This document shows, piece after piece, positions 10,121 to 22,348 of a stretch of DNA of 64,000 bases. Numbering within the stretch: position 1 is the first letter of the stretch; each line of letters begins with the position of its first letter. This stretch comes from Rebecca billardiae RCC1528 (Eukaryota; Protista; Haptophyta). The notes beneath the pieces are model-generated. The model did not search any database. It saw only the letters and a program-made list of their open reading frames with translations, and was not told the DNA's origin. The stretch is from NCBI GenBank assembly GCA_965240325.2, contig OZ251228.1, positions 2,294,001 to 2,358,000 on the forward strand, read 5' to 3'. A program made the translations under genes and the position numbers.

Positions 10121-12291
10121 ATATGACCGCGTTCCGCGGTCCTTTTCCGTAGAACCAACGCAGTTGGGGGCCCGCGGCGCAGTGGTTGAGAATGAGACCG
10201 TGACGTCGTCAATCCGCACGGTCTGGCGTCTGCCTGGCAGTCAGACAGGCAGCCGCACCGTCTCGGAGAGTGAGTGAGAGTCAGACCCGTCCGTCGGACT
10301 CGCGGCGCGTGAATGGGCGCGCCGACGGCCAAGGGTGGCCGGCACGGGACACCAGCGGACGGGCCGCGCGGGGAAGCGGGGCGGCGCGCGCGCAGGGCGA
10401 GAGGCGCGGACGGGCCGCGCGGGGAAGCGGGGCGGCGCGCGTGCAGGGCGAGAGGCGCCGCGCGGCGCGGGCCGGCGCGTGCGCGCGTGCGCGCGCACCT
10501 GCTTGAGGTGCTCGCGCTGCGCCATGCGCTCGACGAAGGGCCGCTGGTCGCTCAGCCGGCGCGCCTCGGGCCGGCATAGCGAGAGCGCGCGCCACTGCTG
10601 CCCGCCCACGCTGCGCAGCCACGCGCAGACCGAGCGGAGCTCGGGGTGGGACGAAGCGAGTGGCGTGTCGCGCCCACCGCCAGGCGCACGCGTGCCCTGC
10701 TCCGCACCGCGCCGCCGTGCTCGCCCGCCGCCTGCTCCGCCGCGTCGGCCTCGAGGATGGCGGCGGCCAGCGGCAGGCTGAGTGGCGCGCGCTCGCCCAC
10801 CGTAGCTTCGAGGGCCGTCCACACCTGCTCGAGCTGCTGCAGGGCGTGGACAAGGGCAGCGCGCGCGCCCAGCGCATCCGTGCCGCGTGACGCAGCGCGT
10901 CGAGCTCGGCGTCTCGCTTCGCCAGCTCGGCGCCCAGCGCCTCTGCGCGCACGCGTCGAGCTCGGCGTCGCGCTTTGCCAGCTCGGCGCCCAGCGCCTTC
11001 ACGCGCACGTGCTCGTGTATCTGCGCGCGCACGGCCTGCGCGCCGCCGCCCATCTGCGCGCGCAGACTCGGACTCGTCGCGGCTGGCTGCTAGGGAGTGC
11101 TAGGGTGCGCGCCGCGTAGTCGATGGCCAAGGCCTGCAGCCAGCGCGCCTGCACCGAGAAAAGAAGGCGCGGCACGCGCGCTATAACCCAGTCCACGCAG
11201 ACACGCGAGCGCGTGCTCGAGCGGCGCGCCGGGGGCGACCGTCCACGTCGGCCGCGCGGGAGCCGCAGGTACTCTCGCGTGCCTGCGCGACGCAGCGCGC
11301 ACGCACAGCGAAACGGGCGCGGGGTAGAATTCAGGAGAGCGCCGCCGCCCGCGCACCACCCCACCGAGAGTGCGCACATGCGCACGCCACGACATGGCAC
11401 GACATGGCGCACGATTGACGCAACGCCCGACAGACAGAAGCCTTCATCGACAATCCGCGCGCGCCCGCAAACGCGGCCGCGCGCGCGGGCGGGCGCGCGG
11501 GCGTGCGTGCGCCACCCGCGCGGGAGGCGCCCGCGGCCGCGCGGGCGGCGCGCGCGCGGCGCGCGCTCCGCGCGGTCGTCCACACCGATGGCGGTCGATC
11601 GAGGGCTCGCCCCGTTTGGCGGTCGATTTTGATCGAGGGCTCGCCCCGTTTTTGGAGCGAGCGCGTGCCGCGCGCCCCCTGGCTCCCAACTGGGTATGAT
11701 AATACCCACAATTACCCAAAATGACCTTATGCCCCCAACACCGTTATCATAGCGAGCCAATGTACTGATATGATAGACTGAACGATAGTACCCACAATTA
11801 CCCAATCAAGAGGCGATACAGCCCTTGCCTTGCTCGCTATGATATGATAGACTGAACGATAGTACCCACAATTACCCAATCAAGAGGCGATACAGCCCTT
11901 GCCTTGCTGAATGTCTCGCACTATTGGAGTTGGTTGGACTCGGCTATAATGTTGATCAACTGTCGTTCTAGTGATGGCATCTTGCGGCGGCGAGGCCATA
12001 TTATTTTACTATGGTCACACTACATTAAGGAGAGTCTACCCACAATTACCCTGCCTCGCACACTTGGGCGTGGGTTTCGTTGATTCCTCTGTTCACTATT
12101 CAAGACGGCGGACGCGCCCTTTTTCGACGCTAATGCACCTGTAAGGGAGTCTCAAAATCGAAACTCGGTCTCCTCCAGCCCTAAAAAATCGCCCCCCGTC
12201 CCTTTTTTCTTGATCAAAGATCTTTTTGAAACGTGGTTCGGGCCCGCTGGTGCGGGCTCCACGCTGCGCGCTCCGCCCTGCACCGCGGGCC
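10121..12291 (-). mobile_element. Non-autonomous Helitron2-like element (family A) carrying a captured gene fragment
   Basis: 5' end GGCCCGCGGTGCAGGGC (12291) and ~180 bp shared with 35948+; 3' end with subterminal cgccgcgggcc and hairpin gaccgcg-gaa-cgcggtc-atat as at 37538-37596; interior unrelated to the other copies. Confidence 0.65.
10490..11150 (-). pseudogene. Captured or degenerate exon fragment of an unknown coiled-coil-like gene
   Basis: Acceptor-like ttttctcggtgcag at ~11150, ALGAELAKRDAELDA duplicated, ends FVERMAQREHLKQ|gtgcgc donor at ~10498; frames are disrupted. Confidence 0.45.
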
Positions 12292-12496
12292 ATAATATAT
12301 ATACGACTTATTATAATAATAATAAATGATGACTGCTGCCGCCTGCCGCTGCGATGATGTGCCTGGCACTGGCAACGACGACGATGCTGCTGAGTTTTAT
12401 TGCTGGCACGGCTCCGTGTTGTCTGAGACTGCGCAAGCTCAATGAATTGTACATCAGAATAGGGCATCAGCGTCGAGCCATTACCCCGTCGAGTGT

Positions 12497-13244
12497 TCAG
12501 CACGACTTATATATGATTGGACGCGCATCGCCCTCGGCCGCGTCCACCGCAGTGCATATGGCCTCCTCCGCCTCGGCCATCGCGCGCGCCTCCGCGGGCC
12601 CGGCGTGATCGTGCCCGAGCAGGTGGCACAGCGCGTGTGCGCACAGCAGCCACACGCTGTCGTCCAGCGAGAGGGGCCGCGCGCGCACGCGCGCGTCGCG
12701 ATGCTCGGCGTGCAGACGAGCGTACGCGCCGATGGCGGGCGGCGTCGGCGGCGGCAGGGAGACGAGAGAACGTGCGCGCGACCCCGACGCCTCGGCGCAC
12801 GCGCGCGCCTCCTCCACGCCCACCGCCACGTCGCCAAGCCGCGCGTCGCCCGCGTGCGCGGGCGGCGGAAGCACGCCGGGCGCGAGCGCGTGCGCGTACG
12901 GCAGCGCCAGCACGTCGGTCGGCGCGTCCACGCCGCGCACGCGGCGATTGAGCGCGCGCATGCGCTCCGCGCCGAGCAGCTGCACGCCCAACGCGTACCG
13001 CGGCAGCTCGAGCAGCGCGAGCGCGTGCGAGAGCCGGCGCGTGAGCAGCGGCACATCCACGCTCTGCACGAGCGGCGTGCGCTGCGCGCGCACGCGGATG
13101 CCTGAGGGCGCGGGGCGGGAGGCAGGGCGTCGGTGCTGGCACGTGGCACGCGCGTCGCCGCGGGGTGCGGGGCGGCGCCAGCGGCGTGCGCGCACGCGCG
13201 GTGGCGAGGGGCCTCCTCGGCCAACGGGCAGCCGAGGCCGCCAT
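12497..13244 (-). CDS. ybeY: YbeY-family endoribonuclease (UPF0054); exons 13244-13196 and 13101-12497
   Basis: MRALNRRVRGVDAPTDVLAL, LGDVAV, HALCHLLGHDH (HxxxHxxGxDH), AMAEAEE; intron gtgcgc...ctcag at 13195-13102 keeps the frame. Confidence 0.88.
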
Positions 13245-13363
13245 CGTGCGCTGGGCGTGACTCTGACGACCGCCGCGCGGGCGTGAACGACTGACGAAGC
13301 AAGGGTGGTACTTCCCGCAGGCCTCAGGCGGCGCGAGGCGCGCATCGCATCGCGTCGGCGGCG

Positions 13364-15945
13364 ATGGCGTCGGCCGAGCGCTTCACCTCGTCCGGGCGGC
13401 AGTGCCGGCTGCGCCTCAACGCACAGTGCCCGCTGTGCGCCCGCTACTTCCCCGCCGACACCGTTGAGGCGCATGCGGCCACGTGCGCGGCGGGCCGCCG
13501 GCCGAGCGGCGGCTCGGTCGGCGCCGGTGCGCAGAAGCGCGCGCCGGCGCGCGGCATGGCGGCGTACGCGCCGAGGCGCAAGGCGGCCCGCGTGAGCTCG
13601 TGCACACCGAGCCTCAAACGCCGGGCGCTCGCCACTGGCGCGGCTGGCGAGCGCGCGGGCGCGCCGAGCCCGCGGCCTTTCGCCGCGCGCGCCGCCGATG
13701 CGGACGAGCAGTCGGCGGCGGCGGCTCCGGAGGCGGTGACGGCGGCGGCGGAGGAGGCGGCGGCGGCGGAGGAGGAGGAGGAGGAGGAGGCGAAAGAGGA
13801 GGAGGAGGAGGCGGCGCGGGTGGCGGAGGCTAGGTCAGTGGCGTTGATGGTGCCGCCGCCCTCTGCCGCCGAGGTGCGCCGTCGCCTCGCTGCGTGCACG
13901 CGCATGCCCGCGCCGCCGGCGCCGCGCTGGGCGCTCGCGCCGCTGCCGCCCGTGCCCGCGCGCGCGGGCGCGGCCGCGCTGCCGTCCGCGCCCGCGTACG
14001 CGCTGTCCATCGCGCGCGTGTGCGCGGAGGGCCGCGAGCTCGAGCTCGAGCTGCGCTGCCCCGGCGCGGCCCTGCTCTCAGGTCTGTGCACCTTGCGGCT
14101 GTACTCTGAGCGCGCGGAGGGCGGGCCGGGCGCGTGCGCGTGGCTGAGCGCGGACGGGCTCGGCACGCTCGCGCTCGCGCACGCGCGCGCGCAGCGGTGG
14201 CGGCAGGGCGCGCACGAGGAGGAGGGCGCGGCCGCGCCGCTGCCGGGCGTCGCGCCGATGCCAAACGTACGCGCTGTGCTCGACGCGCACGTCGCGTCTG
14301 TTGACGCCGCGCAGCTGCTCGCGCCCGACGCGGCGGCGGCGGCGGCGGCGGGCGCGGCGTGCGTGCGCGCGCGCTGGCGCGTGCCGGCCGCGGGCGGCGG
14401 CTGCGCGGACGGGCTGTACCGGCTGGCGCTGCTGCTGCCACACGGCACGGACGGCGCGGCGGCGGGCGCGGCGGCGGGCGCGGCGGCGCGCTCGGCCACC
14501 GAGCTGCGCCGCGCGCTCGACGCCGCGCCGCGCGCGGCGAGCTCTCAGGCGTTCGAGCTGCGCGTCGCGCGCGTCGCGCGCGTGCGGTGCGCGCCCGGCG
14601 CCGCCTCGGACGGCGTGCCGCAGCTGCTGCCTTTGCGGCCGCACGCGCTGCACGCGCCGCCGCTCTCACCCGTCCGCGCCGAGAGTGCGGAGGCGCGCGG
14701 CGCGCGCGCACTCTTCCCTGTGCTGGCGCTCGAGGGGGGCGGCCACGGCGAGTCCTCGTCGTGCTGCGTCGAGCGCAGTGTGCGCTGGGCGTACGGGATG
14801 ATCGAGAGAGAGTCGCACCTCTCCTGGGGGCTCACCTCGGACTACGAGGGGCTCGAGGCGACGCGCAGGTGCAGGCTGCAGCGCACGGCGGGCGGAGGCG
14901 GCCGGCACGCGAGCGGGCGCGGCGGTGACGGCGGCGGTTACAGCGGCGGTTATAGGCACGTGAACGGGTACGGCGGGTACACGCTCGGCTCGGAGGGGTA
15001 CGGCGAGACCACCGCCGGCTGCACCGCCGCGCTGCTCGCGCTGCTCGGCTCGCTGCGCGCGCGCGTGCTCAGCCAGCTGCCGGGCGGCTGGCGCGTGCGC
15101 TGGGGCGCGTGCTGGGACTTGGGCGCACACGCGGCGCTGCTGGACGTGGGCGCGGGCTACGGCAAGCTCGTCGTGCACGCGGCGCTCGGCGCGGGCGTGC
15201 GCGCCGCCACGGGCGTCGAGTGCGTCGGCTCGCGCTTCGACACGTCCATGCGCGCGCTTGAGGCGCTGCGCGCGGCCGCGGCCGAGCGCGCCGCGGCCGC
15301 GCCGCCCGGCGGCGACGGTGGCGGCGGCGGCGCGGAGGGCGGCGGCGCGGAGGGCGGCGGCGCGCCGTGCGCGTGCAGCGCGCTGCAGCGCGTCGAGCTG
15401 CTGTACGGCGACGCGTGCGCGCTCGCCGAGCTCGGCGCGTACACGCACGTGTACGCCTTCGACAAGGTCTTCTCGCCGACGACGCTGTGCGCGCTCAGCG
15501 CGCGGCTGCAGGGCTGCGGCTGGCGCGTGCTCGTGTCTTACAGGCAGCCAAAGGCGCGTGGCGTCGCGCGCCGAGGCGGGCGGCGGGTCGCGCGCGTGAA
15601 GCGCCGTGGCCGCGCCGCGCGCCCACGCGCCCCCGCGCCGCGCCCACGCGCGCGCCTCTCGCGCCCCGCCGCCGCGCGCGCGCCCGCGTGCGCAGGAGTG
15701 GTGGGCACTCGGGCTGGTGAGCGCGCAGCCGGTCGCCAAGATGCGCATGCGCACGACCGGCCGCGAGGGGTGCACGGTGCGCGCCCGGCGCCGCCCCGCG
15801 CGCACGCGCTCCCGCGCCCGGCGTCGCGGGCGGCGGCGCGGCATCGCGCCCGCCGACGCGGCGGCGGCTCGCGCGCGACGCGCGCCCGGCGGTGTGTGGC
15901 GCGCAGGCGTGGGTCTACATCAACATGGAGCACGCGCCGCCCTAG
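13364..15945 (+). CDS. DOT1-like SAM-dependent methyltransferase with N-terminal UBZ-type zinc finger; exons 13364-15553, 15696-15776 and 15907-15945
   Basis: CPLCARYFPADTVEAHAATC (UBZ4-like); YGETT, LLDVGAGYGKLV, GVEC, YGDAC, THVYAFDKVF; a GC-AG intron then a GT-AG intron give ...YRQPK|EWW...GCT|AWVYINMEHAPP*. Confidence 0.75.
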
Positions 15946-16682
15946 CCGCAAGCGCAAGCTGCACGCCTCGTTTGATCACTGGCGCGTGTTGGCTCGTCGG
16001 CGGCCGCCGCCACGGGACCGCACTCCCCATATCACTAGAGCTACGCTGCGCATACTGATACGTATGAGTAGTCGTTGCGCATGGCACGTTACTAGCCACT
16101 AGGCGTGTCGCATGACATCACGGATCGACCCGCCGGATCAACCGCTCGTAACAGCGCAGGCTGTCTGGCTTATTATAACAATAATTGACCTGATGCCTAA
16201 GCCAGAGACGCGGGCACTGTGAGCTCCTGAGTCATGAAGTCACTTGTGAATTAGTCGTCGTGAAAACTGCACAGGAGGGCCTCAATGGATGCCTAGATGA
16301 TGACGATGACTCCAGAGCGAGATTGATGGGCCAACATGAACAAGCACTTCCTCTGTAGTTCAGACTCTACTTTACTATGTATTTACCCATTTCAGACTCT
16401 GCTGATGGTCAGAACACGGTCCGGGAGCGACCCGGATGCACCCGTAGCTATTGGAATAAATATCCGCAAGCAAATATGTCACCGGACTGGGCGGTAAATT
16501 GCTATGAAAGATACAGTCTGAAGTAGTCACAAACTGATTTTCACACCCTGGGCACTTATTGGCCATCCATAGCAACCCCGGCTTCGGGCCGCCCTGTGGC
16601 TGTGGGACACTTCGGGCCGGTTCATTCGGCCGCGGGAATGCGATGATCATTTTCGGAATTCGGTACGCCCGGTTTCTATTAC

Positions 16683-16782
16683 NNNNNNNNNNNNNNNNNN
16701 NNNNNNNNNNNNNNNNNNNNNNNNNNNNNNNNNNNNNNNNNNNNNNNNNNNNNNNNNNNNNNNNNNNNNNNNNNNNNNNNNN
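16683..16782. other. Assembly gap (100 N) with ~110 bp duplicated on both sides
   Basis: 16573-16682 is nearly identical to 16783-16890. Confidence 0.95.
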
Positions 16783-17018
16783 CAACCCCGGCTTGGGGCC
16801 GCCCTGTGGCTGTGGGACACTTCGGGCGTTCATTCGGCCGCGGGAATGCGATGATCATTTTCGGAATTCGGTACGCCCGGTTTCTATTACCGGACTGGCA
16901 GGGGTCAACCGGAGCCAGAGCCCGCGGTCACGTCTAGAGCTGATATCACGCTGTCAGCATTGATAAGTGTCGTAGTCATTGCATATAACTCAGCAGCGCG
17001 CAGTGGTGTGATGCTCAC

Positions 17019-17195
<177 letters not shown>

Positions 17196-17609
17196 CGCAC
17201 TCTACTTACTGCTTATCGGAGTCTGTGATGAGTAGATCGACTACGTACTATCCGGCATCGTCGTCAGGATCTCATTCATCATCAGCAGCATCGGCGGCAC
17301 TGCTGCCATCGTCAGCGCTGTGCGCGCGGCGCGCGCACGCGGCCGCGGCACGCGCGTCGAATGCGTCGATCGACGGCGGCGCGGCCTCTGCGACGGCGGC
17401 ACGGTGCGGCGGGGGCAGCGGCGGCGCGACGGCGTCGGCGGTGGCGCGCTCGCACAGCGTCTGCCGCGCGTAAGCGCAGCGTCACTGCGTGTGCAGCAGC
17501 GCGCCGCTCAGCTGCCGCCGCTCCACGCCGCCGCCGCGGCGCGCGCGGCGCATGCCCGCCTCGCCGCGTGACGCCTCTGAGTCTGGATCGTCACGCGACT
17601 TTGCTCGAT

Positions 17610-17905
17610 CAGACCGTCCAGGACACTACTGGTACACTTATATTTCAGAGAGCCCTTATTGATTGCAGATAGAGCACAGCGTCGAATGACACCCGCATTA
17701 TTGGCTTTGAATCAATATTTGCAATACAGGAAGTCCAGGCTTCTTGTCAGGAAGTAATACGGGGTGAGGAATCTTGAATCACAACCGCATCATTGAGTTT
17801 CCCGCTCAGACTGTCCAGGACACACCGCTTTTCAGAGAGCTCCTAATCATCATCGCAGATAGAGGACTACGCGAATGCCACCTGGCATTGGCTTTGAATC
17901 AATAC
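17610..17905 (+). repeat. Two diverged ~100-bp direct repeats
   Basis: cagac(c/t)gtccaggacac...ttcagagagc...gcagatagag...attggctttgaatcaata at 17610 and 17807. Confidence 0.7.
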
Positions 17906-17924
17906 ACTGCTTCCATATGAGGGT

Positions 17925-18196
17925 TTTTTCCTATTTGAGTTCCATTCCTTCTAGTGCTTACCATGCGCCACAAAGTAAGTAATACGGGCAGGGGAATCGG
18001 ATAGTACGAACGCAATCAAATCTAATCAAGGGCAGTGCAATCCATGGACTCAAATGCGCTTTACAGACCTAATCCACCTACAAAATCCCCATATGCAAAA
18101 TCCTGCGCGATCCTCTTTTCTGATTTGGCGGAGCACGTGCGCCGCCGCCCCGGCCGGCTTTCGCTCACGCTCAGACCTTTCGGGGGGGCCTGCGCC
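17925..18196 (-). mobile_element. 5' portion of a second Helitron2-like family (B)
   Basis: Reverse-complement match to 35693-35930; starts at|GGCGCA with a long GC hairpin followed by an A-rich tract, resembling the family A 5' end. Confidence 0.5.
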
Positions 18197-18210
18197 ATAA
18201 TAGAAGAGGG

Positions 18211-18257
18211 AGAGAGAGAGAGAGAGAGAGCCAGAGAGAGAGAGAGAGAGAGAGAGA
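18211..18257 (+). repeat. (GA)n microsatellite
   Basis: Direct observation. Confidence 0.95.
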
Positions 18258-18296
18258 CGAAGAGAGTCGACGCGACGACATCAGCATCGGAGTTCA

Positions 18297-20372
18297 TCAG
18301 ACATCATCGTCGGAGGACGACAGATCGGATACCATCACCGTCCAACGGTCAGACTCATCATCAGTGCCTGTGTCACCGTGTGGCGGCGTTCGACAATCCG
18401 CCCCGTTGCCGCTCTCGAGTCTCTCGACTAGCGGCGGCGGTGGTTGGGGCAGCTGCGGGGCGGCGTCCGGGACAGTGGCAAGGTGGCTGGTGCGTTTCTG
18501 CTGTCGCTTCGCGGCGCGTGTGCTCTGGTCCCCGGTGCCATGCTCCAGTCTGCGCTTGGGGACGGCGAGCCGAGTGTTAACCATGCCTGCCAGCTTGTGC
18601 GCAGCGCACCGGCTGGCGCGCGTGTCGCCCGGCATGCCGAACAAACGCCCCTTGGTACAGCCGGTATGATCACACTTGGGGTGCATCACGTCGACCATGC
18701 CGGCCAGCTTGTGTTCAGCGCACCGGCTGGCGCGCGCGTCGCCCGACATGCCGAATGAAGGCCCCTTGGTGCAGCCGGTATGATCACACTTGGGGTGCAT
18801 CACGTCGACCATGCCGGCCAGCTTGTGTTCAGCGCACCGGATGGCGCGCGCGTCGCCCGGCATGCCGAAGTAAGGCCGCGTGGTACAGCCCGCGTGATCA
18901 CACTTGGGGTGCATCACGTCGACCATGCTGGCCAGCTTGTGCGCAGCGCACCGACTGGCGCGCGCGTCGCCCGGCATGCCGAATGAAGGCTGCGTGGTGC
19001 AGCCCGCGTGACCACACTTGGGGTGCCTCGCGTCGACCATGCCGGCCAGCTTGTGCGTAGCGCACCGGCCGGCGCGTGCGTCGCCCGGCATGCCGAACGA
19101 AGGCCACGTGGTGCAGCCCTCGTGATCACACTTGGGGTTCTTCACGTCGACCATGCCGGCCAGCTTGTGCGCAGCGCACCGGCTGGCGCGCGCGTCGCCC
19201 GGCATGCCGAAGTTAGGCCCCTTGGTGCAGCCGGTGTGATCACACTTGGGGTGCTTCACATCGACCATGCCGAACAGCTTGTGCGTAGCGCACCGACTGG
19301 CGCGCGCGTCACCCGGCATGCCGAATGAAGGCCGTGCGGTGCAGCCCGCGTGACCACACTTGGGGCTCACCACGTTGATCATGCCGGCCAGCTTGTGTTC
19401 AGCGCACCGGCTGGCGCGCGCGTCACCCGGCATGCCGAATGAAGGCCCCTTGGTGCAGCCCGCGTGATCACACTTGGGGCTCACCACGTTGACCATGCCG
19501 GCCAGCTTGTGCGTAGCGCACCGGCCGGCGCGCGCGTCACCCGGCATGCCGAATGAAGGCCCCTTGGTGCAGCCCGCGTGATCACACTTGGGGCTCACCA
19601 CGTTGACCATGCCGGCCAGCTTGTGCGTAGCGCACCGGCCGGCGCGTGCGTCGCCCGGCATGCCGTACGAAGGCTGCTTGCTGCAGCCGGTGTGATCACA
19701 CTTGCGGCTCACCACGTTGACCATGCCGGCCAGCTTGTGCGTACCGCACCGGCTGGCGCGCGCGTCGCCCGGCATGCCGCATGAAGGCCCCTTGGTGCAG
19801 CCGGTGTGATCACACTTGCGGCTCCTCACGTCGACCATGCCGGCCAGCTTGTGCTCAGCGCACCGGCTGGCGTGCGCGTCGCCCGGCATGCCGTACGAAG
19901 GCAGCTTGCTGCAGCCGGTGTGATCACACTTGGGGCTCACCACGTTGATCATGCCGGCCAGCTTGTGCGTAGCGCACCGACTGGCGCGTGCGTCGCCCGG
20001 CATGCCGAACGAAGGCCACGTGGTGCAGCCCTCGTGATCACACTTGGGGTTCTTCACGTCGACCATGCCGGCCAGCTTGTGCGCAGCGCACCGGCTGGCG
20101 CGCGCGTCGCCCGGCATGCCGAAGTTAGGCCCCTTGGTGCAGCCGGTGTGATCACACTTGGGGTGCTTCACATCGACCATGCCGAACAGCTTGTGCGTAG
20201 CGCACCGACTGGCGCGCGCGTCACCCGGCATGCCAAACGAAGGCCACGTGGTGCAGCCCTCGTGATCACACTTGGGGTTCTTCACGTTGACCATGCCGGT
20301 CAGCTTGTGCGCAGCGCACCGGGTGGGGGCGTGGGGCGCGTCACCGCGCGTGTCACCCGGCCGGAGCGTCAC
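18297..20372 (-). CDS. EsV-1-7-type Cys-rich repeat protein, copy 1 (15 full 38-aa repeats; start uncertain)
   Basis: Repeat KCDHxGCxxxPxFGMPGDARASRCxxHKLAGMVxVxxx (C-x4-C...C-x2-H), 114-bp period; tail VPKRRL...AAKRQQKR...DDESDRW...SSSDDDV. Confidence 0.85.
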   Translation of the reverse strand: MTLRPGDTRGDAPHAPTRCAAHKLTGMVNVKNPKCDHEGCTTWPSFGMPGDARASRCATHKLFGMVDVKHPKCDHTGCTKGPNFGMPGDARASRCAAHKLAGMVDVKNPKCDHEGCTTWPSFGMPGDARASRCATHKLAGMINVVSPKCDHTGCSKLPSYGMPGDAHASRCAEHKLAGMVDVRSRKCDHTGCTKGPSCGMPGDARASRCGTHKLAGMVNVVSRKCDHTGCSKQPSYGMPGDARAGRCATHKLAGMVNVVSPKCDHAGCTKGPSFGMPGDARAGRCATHKLAGMVNVVSPKCDHAGCTKGPSFGMPGDARASRCAEHKLAGMINVVSPKCGHAGCTARPSFGMPGDARASRCATHKLFGMVDVKHPKCDHTGCTKGPNFGMPGDARASRCAAHKLAGMVDVKNPKCDHEGCTTWPSFGMPGDARAGRCATHKLAGMVDARHPKCGHAGCTTQPSFGMPGDARASRCAAHKLASMVDVMHPKCDHAGCTTRPYFGMPGDARAIRCAEHKLAGMVDVMHPKCDHTGCTKGPSFGMSGDARASRCAEHKLAGMVDVMHPKCDHTGCTKGRLFGMPGDTRASRCAAHKLAGMVNTRLAVPKRRLEHGTGDQSTRAAKRQQKRTSHLATVPDAAPQLPQPPPPLVERLESGNGADCRTPPHGDTGTDDESDRWTVMVSDLSSSDDDV

Positions 20373-20427
20373 CCGGACGGGCGCGCCTTGGAGCCTGGTG
20401 CCGGACGCCGGCCGGCGAGCTCACAAA

Positions 20428-21920
20428 GCGCGATGGAGGCGGCCGGCGTGTTGGTTGCTCGCTGCTCTCCCGCGGCTTGCAGGCGCCGCAGCGCAGGGTG
20501 ACTCGTCGATCCCAAGGCAGCCTTGCCCGGCGTGCACGACGAGCGCCTCTGCGTGCACTCTCCTCGTGCCACCGCGCGTGTGCCAGCACGGCGACGTCGC
20601 AAGCTCGCGGCTGCTCCTGCGTGCGCGCGCGCCGGACGCGTCGCCCACGGGCGCCGGCGGCGACGTCTTCACCGCGTGGCTCCACGACCGTGCGAGCGCT
20701 CCCGAGCCGACACCACCAGCGTATACATATCACGCCCCGCCATTCCACTGGGCGCTCGAGGTGCGCGACCGGTGCAACGGTGAGTACGCGCTCGAATTGC
20801 CGTCTGCAGACCTGATCTTTGAGCAGCGCAGGCGCGCCGCCGCGCGGCTCGAGCCGGCGCGCTTCCACGTGAGCGTGTACGTCAACCACGCGCTCATACG
20901 CGCGCGCGTCCCACCAGTGGTGGTGCCCCGAGCGCGCGCACAACTTCAGCGCGTGGGACGGTCTGGACGTGCGCGCGCTCTTCTCAGGGTACGGCTGCGA
21001 GCACGGGTTCGCCCGGCGGCGGGCACGCCCACGGCGCTGCCGCTCGGCGACGATGGCGCGGCGGGCTCGCCCACGCCGCCATCCGCCGGCGCTTGCGCCA
21101 GGCTGCGCTTCCTTTCGCGCGCGCACACGCCACTGCCGTTTGAGCCGTAGCTGTGGCCGTGCGCGGCGGCGGGCCGCGACGCGCCGCCACCGCGCGCGAG
21201 GAACGTGCTGCGCTTCCAGAGTGCCCGCTTCGAGCACTGCGTGCGCGAGGCGGGGCGGCCAGAGTGCCCGCCGCTGCGGTACGAGACGGAGCCCCCCGCC
21301 TGCCTCGCGGGGAAGCGCGTCACGCTCGTCGGCGACAGCGTGACGCGCGGCACGATGATGGACGTGGCGCACATGGGGGCGGGCGTGGACGACTCGCTGC
21401 CAGACGGCACGCGCGCCGCGCCGGACATGCGCGCGGTGCCGGGGCGCTGCCGGCCGATGGCGAAGGGCACGTTCGAGCCGACGTACGAGCACTTGTTCGA
21501 GCTGCTCGCCAACCAGAGCGCCGCCCCCGCGCCGGGCCCTGTGCGCTTCGAGCTGCTCGACGTGATGCGGCCGCTGTTCGTGGGCGCGCGCGCGATGCTG
21601 ATGCAACACGGCGTGGCGCTCGACCAGGCGCTCACGCGCAGCGACGTGCTCATCCTCGAGTCGAGCCGGCAAGCCATGTCCGGGTGAATCTGAGCCACCG
21701 CCGCCCCATCGGCGAGTGCAGGCGCTCCCTGCACGACCTCGCCGTCCACCTGCGCATCAGGTGCTCGCGGCTGAGGAAGAAACAGGGGCACACGCCGCGC
21801 GTGCTGTGGCGGGCGGCGGTGGCCCCGCCATCGGACCTGCCTGGCTGCGACTGGCACCAGGGGGGCAACCTGGCGCCATTCGTCGAGCTGACCAACCCGA
21901 TCGCGTCCGAGGCCTTCCTT
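20428..21920 (+). pseudogene. NXPE/PC-esterase (SGNH-like) gene fragment, copy 1
   Basis: Signal-like WRRPACWLLAALPRLAGAAAQG with no in-frame ATG; GGDVFTAWLH..VRDRCNGEY; CLAGKRVTLVGDSVTR; in-frame TAG at 21148-21150 where copy 2 has TGG; frameshift near 21670; 3' truncated. Confidence 0.7.
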
Positions 21921-22348
21921 ATACTTACTCGTTACGACTGCCGCCGCTTATCGGAGTCTGAGACCGTCCTACTACCGGACATCATCGTCGTCAGCAGGAT
22001 CTCATCAGCAGCATCACGGCCGCTCCTCGCGCAGTCTCAGCAGTGACACGACGCTTGACTGTGATCGACTGTGAATTCGTGTGTCGTGATGATGTGATGT
22101 AATATTGCCCCCCGCCCGCCCCCAGCGCTACGCGGAGTAGATCATCAGCGATGATCGACATCAGAGGAGATCGATCGACGCGACGACATGGTCATGCGGT
22201 GACATCAGACAGCATGCATCAGGGCACTCCGCGAGGATCAGCCTGTAAGTGTATGTCTGTCAGACAGCATATCAGCGCGGCATCATCATCGGAATATTCT
22301 ATCGTCATCATTCATCATCATCGTCGGAGGACGACAGATCGGATGCCA

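Noticed and set aside
16375-16570. IS1595/Merlin-like transposase N-terminus (KCPGCENQFVTTSDCIFHSNLP)
   Set aside because: The resemblance is weak and short, with no DDE region; cannot be supported without a search.
16573-16890. Biological direct repeat
   Set aside because: It flanks a 100-N gap, which is typical of unmerged contig overlap.
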